Positions 54,858 through 64,000 of a stretch of 64,000 bases of DNA are shown here, in pieces (the first letter of the stretch is position 1; the number at the start of each line of letters is the position of its first letter). The stretch spans positions 174,158,001 to 174,222,000 of the forward strand of contig OZ024741.1 in the NCBI GenBank assembly GCA_964016885.1, written 5' to 3'. Position numbers and translations under genes: made by a program. Under the pieces are notes generated by a model. That model saw only the letters and a list, made by a program, of their open reading frames with translations, was not told the DNA's origin and searched no databases. This stretch comes from Eledone cirrhosa (Eukaryota).

Positions 54858-57710
54858 TTAAAATAACAGTGAAACAAAAATAATCAATCTGTGAACGCAA
54901 AAGTAAATATTTCGAAAAACGTTGCAACCGAAGGAAGACAAGAAGACGATATTTTGGTCCGTGGAGACGTTCCCTGGCAATGAACGGGAAAAAAACGAAG
55001 ATAATACGTCATTATTTGGAGCGCGGAGAACAATTACACGCAAAGACAAAACCACGTTTATGGTATAAATGAAGTCGTGGAATAATATTCTATTTAGGTG
55101 GTTCGTGGAGACGTTCCCTGGCAATGAACGGGGGATACAAGCGAAGATAATAGTCATTATGTGTATCGATGAGAACAATTACGCGCAAAGACAAAACCAC
55201 GTTTATGGTATAAATGAAGTCGTAGACTAAAATTCTATTTAGGAAACCGAATGATTCTCGGCTTCAGAGTTAAGAATAATGTAAAAAATTACAGAGGTTA
55301 TTGAAATCAACAATAAATAAATACATACATGCACGCATCCATATACGTACACACACATGCATACGCGAACACACCCGCCATAGGTTTGCATATACAAGCA
55401 CGTACACAAAAACACGCGCACACATATAAAAACCTGCGCAACACCTGTACCCGCACACATACGAACATATACACCAAATACACATAAAAATATATTAAAT
55501 ATATATATATATGTGTGTATGCGTGTATACATATAATTATATAAACGTATATAAATATATGCACATAAATACGTATATAACGTGCACACACATACCTACA
55601 GGTAAAAACACATATGTTAACAAAACGTACGTCAACCAAAACACAAAGTGAGCATATAAACAGAACCTGCATACTTGCAAACTCGCATAGACACACAAAC
55701 GCAAAATACTCGTATACACAACCATATACACATGTACCAGTATATATAATATAATATATACACCTATAACAAATACAAACAAATATACGTACGAGAAAGT
55801 ATACGTACCTTCACAAAACATACAGGTAATATATACTTACCTGCACAAATAAGTAATGGTATAAACATAACATATACTTAGCTACCACATCAAGACGTAA
55901 CTTATCCGCGTATTGTTCGTACTATCCGTTAGGGTATAATATGGGGCTGTAATGCAGGAAAGTTTTATGCAATTTATGTTTACAAGCCGAAATTGCCTCA
56001 GATTTTTTGTTTAAGATGTGGTCTTTGGCGTAGAGTATTTCCAGGTCTTCAGCGGCGCAGAGGTCACATGGTCTTTTATTTTCGTTATACGATCTAGCCT
56101 TAACTAGGATCTCCCAGTGTAACCTATATTGGGTGTGGTTGTCTTTTAGACTCCAGATATAAGCTGAAAGTGATGTCATATTCCTTCTTAAAGGGTTAAG
56201 AAAAGAATGGGTATGCATGTAAAGACGCTGCTTGAATCTATTGGCGGTTAACTCTATGTAGGCCCTACGAGACGTGGGTGTTTCAACATTACATTTGTAG
56301 ACAATGTTACTGGAGAGGCATTTCCCGGATAGGGGGCAGTCAACCCGATTCCTACAATTACAGTTAGTACTAGCTACAGGGTTGCACGTGTTCCTACGGT
56401 TAGGTAATTTAGCTAAATTTGAAGCAGTGATGTTATGTGCAAGGTTAGGAGTCGTAGAGTAAGAGAATTTAATGTTTTTTCTATTAAAAATTTTATTATA
56501 TTTATGCGCTGGTGGGAAATGCTTGTTAATAAGGGAGAGAAAGATCTTAGCTAATGGTGTGGCCACCTCCATATTATATGGTGGGTTATACCATATAATG
56601 CGTCGGGATTTATTTTTCCTAGGTCTATGCTCATACTCGGTATATGCTACCTTATCGACAAATCCACTACGAGCAAGAGCTTCATTGTAATATGTGGAAT
56701 GGTCGGTGAAAATATGCTCGTTTGTAGATAGACGGGAAAGCCTAAAAGAAACGTTTCTTACCAGGTTCTTGGTTATGCTGGCAGGATGGTTAGAATGCTT
56801 ACTTATCTAATTAAGCGTATCATTCGGCTTTCTATACGGGTAGTGCAAGCCATTCGACAAATTGAGGGTAACGTCGAGGTAATTAACGACCGAGAGCAGG
56901 GCCGGATTTAGATTTGATGAAGCCCTAAGCTATTTGAGATAATGAGGCCCTTTATATGTCCAGATGTCCTATGTCAGTGACAAATTATCGCTGTTTTTTG
57001 TGTGGGAGCCCTAAGCTATAGTTTGTTTAGCTTATACGTAAATCCCACTCTGACCGAGAGGTTGGCCTCAACCTGTATGGAGAGGTTGAAGCCTTTAAAG
57101 AAGGCAGTAAGTTCTTTTCTGAACCTGTCGCAAGCGCGTGGGCCGCACTTTGTCATCGTCAAAAGACCGTCATCATGGTACAAACCACCGCCCACGTTGA
57201 GGATTTCTTCCTTGATAGAGAAAATAAGGAAAAGGCCGATAAGATCAGTAACCTCCGCAGAATCGCGTCGAATGGGGTAGTATTAGATTTTTTAATCCAA
57301 ATAGAGTCGTCTAAATTAATCACCGACTTACGGGTATTGAGGATGACATCAACTTCGAAATCCTTAACCACCGTGAGCGTTTTAGCGAAATTAATAGCTC
57401 TTAGAAGAAGTGGTAAAGTGATGGAGGAGGAGTAATTATTGATATCGAATTGGATAAAACGGCAATGTTCCTTGTTGCATATGCCGTTGAACCAATCAAT
57501 CACCGCGAAAGAATTGTTCCACAGTGCAAGAGGGGCCAAACTTCTAATTTCAGGTATAATTCTATCTAAAATCCTTTTACTAAGTCTACCTAAATCGGAC
57601 TTCGTAGGGTTAATAAGCCGAATAGAGGGGTTGTTCGGGAAATTGGATTTGTGATCCTTCAGGGTAAAGTGGGGAGAAATAGGGTCCAGAGGTTCAGTCC
57701 GGTCCAGGAT
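54858..57710 (-). mobile_element. Penelope-like element 3 (Naiad type, same family as element 2), 5'-truncated
   Basis: Colinear with 32049-34740. ORF 55922-56572 is the GIY-YIG part; extra partial ~140-bp repeat unit; MITE insertion. Confidence 0.93.
56897..57052 (+). mobile_element. hAT-type MITE (156 bp)
   Basis: 8-bp TSD accgagag (56889-56896, 57053-57060). TIRs cagggccggattta / taaatcccactctg. The empty site is visible at 34067-34074. Confidence 0.9.
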
Positions 57711-60535
57711 ATAAATGGAAACTATATTTATAAAACCATATTTATTCTATTATATATATTTCAAGGGTACCAAAACTTTGGTATGCACTCATCAGATAAA
57801 ATACAAAGTTTGTTTTATAAATAGTGACATACCCAGGAATCAGACCTTAACGGTTTAAGTTCCGTTTGGATAGTGAAAGGAAAGAGGGAAAAGGGGAAGA
57901 AAAAAAAACATATATTTCAAATTATTTTGATGAATATGCAAATGAAGTTGAAGCATAGGGCTGAAAAAATCGTTATTTTTAGATGCTAGGTAGATTTAAA
58001 TAATTATTAGGATATATATATGTAGGAAGAAGAAAGAGAAGCTTCTATTAATAGTATTACAGTGTACCAAAGTTTTGGTACCCTTGAAATATATATAATA
58101 GAATAAATATGCTTTTATAAATATGATTCCCATTTATTAATATCATTGATATTATACTCCAGAAAACTTGTCGAGTGCTTCGAATCTGTTATAAATATAT
58201 TTGTTGAATTACCAACAAATTAAATATCCCTTTGCTTATAAATAGCTCCTTTAAACTATAACAGATTGCAAAAAATTAATAATGGAATTCTTTAGGATTT
58301 CTTCTTTAAAGGATGTACACTTACCTAAAAATAAGGAATATGTAAAACAACTCATAGAAAAATCAGACTCCTTCATAAGAAGACTTAGATGGTGCGCTTT
58401 CCATTTTGATAAGAAATCGGAAAACAAAATAAATAAATCCAAGTATAATTTTGATCTTATTTTCAAATCAAGGAAAAATCCACCTTGCAACAAACTACTA
58501 GCCGAATTTGAAAATGAAATAATCTCCATCATACAGAACGTTAAATTCAAAAGGAACCAATTTATTGGCCAGGAGTACCTCAAAGGCCTCAAAAACAAAA
58601 TAGACAATCTAGAAAAAACAAAGAAGATCCTTGTAAAATCGCACAAAACCAATAATCTATATGGTATTGAAAAGGACGCGTATAATATCCTAATACTGAA
58701 GGAACTCAGAAAAAACTATAAAAGGACATCAAATGAAGATCTTTCAACCCTAAATAGAGAAGCTTCGGAAATTATTTATAAACTAGGCATTCAAAATAAG
58801 ACAGAACCCTTTATACATAGAAAACCGAAGATTAATTTGAAGGACCATAAAAGAAATTTTGAAGTAGAACTACCAGTCAGACTCATCGCACCATCTAAAT
58901 CTGACTTAGGCATAATTAGCAAACATATACTAGATAGGATTATTCCAGTACTTAAAGAAAAATCACACCTTAAACTATGGAACGGTACTAATGAAGTAAT
59001 AGATTGGTTTACAGACATAAAATTAAAACATAAGAAAAAATTTATTCAAATGGATATTGCAAATTACTACTCCTCTATTACTCCTAGCTTACTTAATAAG
59101 GCACTTATCTACGCTTCTAAACATACAGACTTATCTAGTGATGAAATGAATATCATTCTAACAGCATGTAAAACCCTAATAGAATTTAATAACCATCTCT
59201 GGACAAGTGCTGATAGACAAAACAATTTTGATATTACTATGGGATCATCTGATTCAGCTCAAGTAACAGACCTCGTTGGATTATTTATTATTAATGTACT
59301 GCATAGAAACATGCCAGAGATGACCGGAGGTTTATATCGTGACGATATGTTACTTTTAATCGAAAAACATAGCAATAGTGAAATTGATAGGAAAAAGAAA
59401 TCCATCATACAGTTTTTCAACAACTACAACCTTAAATTATAAATCGAGAATAATTATAAAATCGTTAACTTCTTAGATGTAACTTTAAACCTTATCTCAG
59501 GTCTTTACTATCCTTTCCATTAAATTAATGAAAATCTAAATTACGTAAGCTTCAACTCTAATCATCCTAGAAATATAAAAAATACTATTGTCAATAGTAT
59601 CCAGCAACGAATTTCACGCATCTTTGCTAATAAAAATATTTTTGATAATAAGGCAGAATATTACAATTAGGCTTTACATAGATCTGGATACTCGAATAAA
59701 ATTAAATACTTAGATAACAATAACATACTAAATCATCCTAAAATTCACTATAATAATAATAAGCAATTCAACTTAAATAGTAAACCAAACTAAAAAACTA
59801 GAACTAGAAATATTATTTGGTACTCTCCCCCATTCTCATTAGGTGTTAAAACACCTGTAGCAAAACTATTTTTCAAAGCACTGGATAAGTATTTTCCTAA
59901 AGCCCACAGATACCACTCTATTTTTAACAGACACACTATCAAACTATCTTACTCTACTACTATGGACATAGCACAAAATATAAATAGAATTAATAATAGA
60001 AACTTAAATTTAAACCCTAACCAAACAAACCAAGATAACAATAATAATATTTCTAATAACAATATTCATACTAATAATAATAGTACCGTTTCTAATAACA
60101 ACAACTCCCTAAAATGTAACTGTAGAATTGAATCAAACTGCCCTTTACAAAACAGTTGCTTAGATAAAAACTTAATATATAAATGCACAGTAAAAACTAG
60201 AGACAAAATATTTAACTATATAGGTGCCACAAAATTCAAAGAACGCTGAAATAATCACAAACATACATTTAATAGGTCCGATAAAACATCTTCCACATCA
60301 TTTTCACATCTAATTTGGTATTTAAAGGACAATAATATAGACTATTCAATATCTTGAGGAACGATTTCGAAAGCACCCTCATACCGAAATATGGCCCTCT
60401 CAAGAATCTGTCATTTGTGTATCGAGGAATTTTTTTTATATACTTAACTGTCAAAATTCTATTAATTTAAAAAATGAATTATTCAGTTCTTGCAGACATC
60501 GCCAAAGAACCACTTTCCGAAGTATTTTTAATCTA
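57711..60535 (+). mobile_element. Penelope-like element 4 (Naiad type), near full-length, with in-frame stops
   Basis: ORF 58282-59442 has IRRLRW, LKDHK..P.RLIAPSKS..G.ISK, MDIANYYSSI, MGSSDSAQVTDLVG, GLYRDD. It continues through NFLDVTL, SNHP, WYSPPF, CNCR..CPL..C..IYKC..YIGAT and SSCRH. An inverted pseudo-LTR lies upstream. Confidence 0.93.
57743..57803 (-). ncRNA. Type I hammerhead ribozyme in the inverted pseudo-LTR of element 4
   Basis: Minus strand tattttat-CTGATGA-gtgcataccaa-agtt-ttggtaccctt-GAAA-tatata-TA-atagaata. A partial + strand copy lies at 58061-58137. Confidence 0.78.
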
Positions 60536-61498
60536 TAATATTCATTACACTTGACTACATCTTATATGTCTTTAAAATGCTTCTGTTGTTTAGTGATGTT
60601 TTTTTTTAATGATCTTTTTTCTTCTGAAATTAATATTTTTACCAATATTCTTTTCCAAATGATACTCTTCTTAATGTATATTTTTTTTTTTTTTAGATTG
60701 ATACTTTTTAATTGGTATTTTGAATGATATCCTCTTTACGATAGTTTTTCTAAATGCACTCTTGACTTATCTAATAATTTTATTTTTCTTCTGTTAATTT
60801 TCAAACTTTTCACACTTCTATCGACGTAGATAGATATACATATATAGTAAATACATATATAATTGAAATTCTCATCCTTGAAAACATGTAATATAAAAAC
60901 CTTATAATCTCACACAAAATAATATATAATTTTCTCTACATACTTTCCGCATTTTCTAAGAAAGTTATTCATCAAATCTAACATTAATAGTTTAACAAAT
61001 AATATTGGAGTTATCTTTTCCTTTAAAATTGAGCAAACATTGACATACTGCATAGTAACTTGTATGTTAAATTCTATGTGATTTCGCTAATTTAATAATT
61101 TTCTGTAAATATTTTCAATTTTTGATGAAACTATTTGAATGTACAAAATGTTCTCTTAAAATTTGAACTACGTGTTTTTTCTTAACTATATATTTAAAAT
61201 GTAAACTCAACATCCTTCGTAACTTATATTAGAAATGTAAACAAATTAATACGTGTGTTATATATCTATAAAAAATAACAGCATATAATCACCAATATTT
61301 ATATTTATATATTTATTAATCTATATAGATATTTATATACTTACAACCTGTTGTAATATAATAAGATAAAATGTACTTACAACCATAATTCTTCATATAA
61401 TCTAATTATAATGATTATATATATATAATATTATAACTCATGATTTAGTTAAATATTTTTTAAATTCTGGATTGATATTCCACCACTTCAACAAACTT

Positions 61499-62518
61499 TG
61501 CCAACTCCAGAAGTTATGACGTTTTGTTGCATTGCACTGCAGTGCTTCAGTCGACTCCAAGGAAGTGGTTAAAGTGGTTAAAGGGGTTATCTGCCGGGGG
61601 GCCCTATAATCAATATCTGGAAAAATGACAGTGCCCATGACCATCCGGAGTACATAAGTAACCTATGTCTTAAGTTTGGTGAAAATACTGTAGAAATGCA
61701 TAAGGTTTACACATACGCGTGTGCGTTCGTGTGTGTGTGGGGGGGGGGGGGGTATGTGTGTGTGTTTGTGTGTGTGTTTGTTTTGTGTATGTGTATGTCC
61801 GTCGGGGCATACCTCTGTCATTTTCGTTTTCAAATTTATTTACATCATTCTTAAACTCCGGGGCTGGAAATCATTCTGTTATCTACTATATAAATTGGAA
61901 GTGATCGGACGTTGTATATTTAAGTAAGTAGGTGTAGTCGGATAAACGTCGAAATGGCTCGGTGGAATGCAGCGAAAATTTACACAGTTATGCAGAATGA
62001 CCCGAAGAGGCGTTGGGTCGACTTTTAGGGTACAAGCTTCCATGGTTACGTAGAAAATCGATGAAACAGGAATTTCCCATTCAAATTGAACTGAGAGTAA
62101 TCTGTGAACGCAGAAGTCAATATTTAGAGAAACGTTCCAACCGAACGAAAACAGGAAGACGATATTTTGGTTCGTGAAAACGTTCCCTGGCAATGAACGG
62201 GAAAACAAGCGAGGATAATACGTCGTTATGTGGAGCGTAAAGAACAATTTCATGCAAAGACAAGAACTAGTTTATGGTATAAATGGAGTTGTTAGACTAA
62301 TATTCTATTTATCATAACAGAATGATTTCCAGCCTCGGAGTTTAAGAATGATGTAAATAAAATTGAAAACGAAAATGACAGAGGTTATTAAAATTGTAAA
62401 AGTAAATAGTGAAGATTTAGGCCAGTACATACGTATGCTCCGACGGACATACACATACATACGCACACACAAATACATACCCCCCCCCCCCACACACACA
62501 CACAAAACACACACACAC

Positions 62519-62563
<45 letters not shown>

Positions 62564-63700
62564 CGCGCGCGTGTATAAACCTAATGCATTTCTACAGTAT
62601 TTTCACCAAACTTAAGACATAGGTTACTTATGTACTCCGGATGGTCATGGGCACTTTCATTTTTACAGATATTGATTATAGGGCCTCCCGGCAGACAACC
62701 CCCTTTAACCACTTCCTTGGAGTCGACTGTAGAACTGCAGTGCAATGCAACAAAACGTCATAACTTCTGGAGTTCGCAACCGATTTTCACAAACCTTGAC
62801 ACATGGGCTACGTTTGTCCTACAGATGAATGTGAACTCTCAGAATTGGCACATATTGAGTAGGGGACCCCCTGGGAGCAGGAACACCCTTTTGGAAAGAG
62901 CCGATGATTTTAAAAGTATAGTTTTCGAAGTAGCACTGAAGTATTGACATAAATGGTATACACAACTGCTATTTAATACCCGATCAACGCCGGGTACCTC
63001 TGCTAGTTTTAAATAGAATATTAGTCTAACGACTCCATTTATACCATAAACTTGGTCTTGTCTTTGCATGAAATTGTTCTTCACGCTCCACAACGACATA
63101 TTATCCTGCCTTTTTCCCGTTCATTGCCAGGGAACGTCTTCACGAACCAAAATATCGCCTCCTGTTTTTCGTTCGGTTGCAACGTTTCTCTAAATATTGA
63201 CTTCTGCGTTCACAAATTACTCTCAGTTCAATTTGAATGGGAAATTCCTGTTTCATCGATTTTCTACGTAACCATGGAAGCTTGTAGCTTGAAAGTCGAC
63301 CCAACGCCTCCTCGGGTCATTCTGCATAACTGTGTAAATTTTCGCTGCATTCCACCAAGCTGTTTCGACGTTTATCCGACTACACCTACATATACAACGT
63401 CCGACCACTTCCAATTTATATAGTAGATTTGTTTATATATGAATGAAAAAAAGAAAAGTACAAAACTATACATGAATTGTTTCTACTAAACCTTCAATTT
63501 AAGACACAGCCTACATATTTGTTAGGACTCCAGCTCACACCTTATTCTTCTTCTTCTTCTTCTTCTTCTTTTGCTCCCCCTGGAACATTGGGGTGCGAAC
63601 CACCCCCACACAACGCCATGTTCTGAGTCTGCTTTTCAACTCCACCGTGATGCACGGTGCGTCATGATGTATCTAACCATTTTTTTAGATCTTACTACGG
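61499..63700 (-). mobile_element. Helitron copy (minus) split by a younger insertion: 61499-61881 + 63007-63700
   Basis: Both pieces are reverse complements of the 53654-54843 / 61882-63006 family and join seamlessly across the insertion. Confidence 0.8.
61882..63006 (+). mobile_element. Complete non-autonomous Helitron (1125 bp)
   Basis: A|TCTACTATATAAA ... cccgatcaacgccggg-tacctctg-CTAG|T, inserted between A and T with no TSD. Confidence 0.9.
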
Positions 63701-64000
63701 CTGATTTCTTCCAGAGAGAAAGAAAGAGATGGAAAAAGGCAGAGAAGATTCATCCCCGGAGGAATAATAAAAAATGTTCACACGGCACATTTCATTTTTT
63801 CAAAGCTAAAGCTGCCGATCCAAAATCAGTAATTCAACTCCCTGAAAACTTTCAAATATATGCTGTTCTAGCATGAATATTATGCTAAGGGGCAGCTGTC
63901 CACAAAGTAAGATTTACTTGCATATCCCCGCTCATATAAACACATAAATACGTGCATAGATACATTACACTTGATATTTTTTTTTTATTAAAGCGTTTTC

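Noticed and set aside
60247-60249. In-frame TGA in the Naiad-type element as selenocysteine (some Naiads encode selenoproteins)
   Set aside because: It falls at an aromatic position (ER*NNH), not a Cys position, and the element also has TAA/TAG stops. The TGA at 1460-1462 in element 1 fits CGA->TGA decay.

Overview
AT-rich, microsatellite-saturated eukaryotic genomic DNA. The (TA)n/(TG)n/(ATC)n tracts and the SINE and LINE families suggest an invertebrate, most likely an octopus-like cephalopod (inference). Only one host gene is supportable: three small + strand exons (10062-10133, 17128-17253, 28630-28698) that splice in frame into a C-terminus resembling SPEF2. The rest is transposon and repeat material: four degraded Penelope-like elements (three of Naiad type), several RTE LINE fragments (one family with a PHD finger inside the RT, one with a triple C2H2 tail), R4/Dong-like remnants, tRNA-headed SINEs sharing the RTE 3' tail, non-autonomous Helitrons, hAT, piggyBac and mariner derivatives, and large satellites. 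The most striking signal is a population of short, ORF-less fold-back cassettes embedded in (TA)n. They carry type I hammerhead ribozyme motifs: at least five with intact cores and several variant or half cores. Most share a downstream GAGTRC-like motif, and their inversion points often fall on ribozyme stems. All alignments and folds were read by eye. The long ORFs in the repeat tracts are artefacts.
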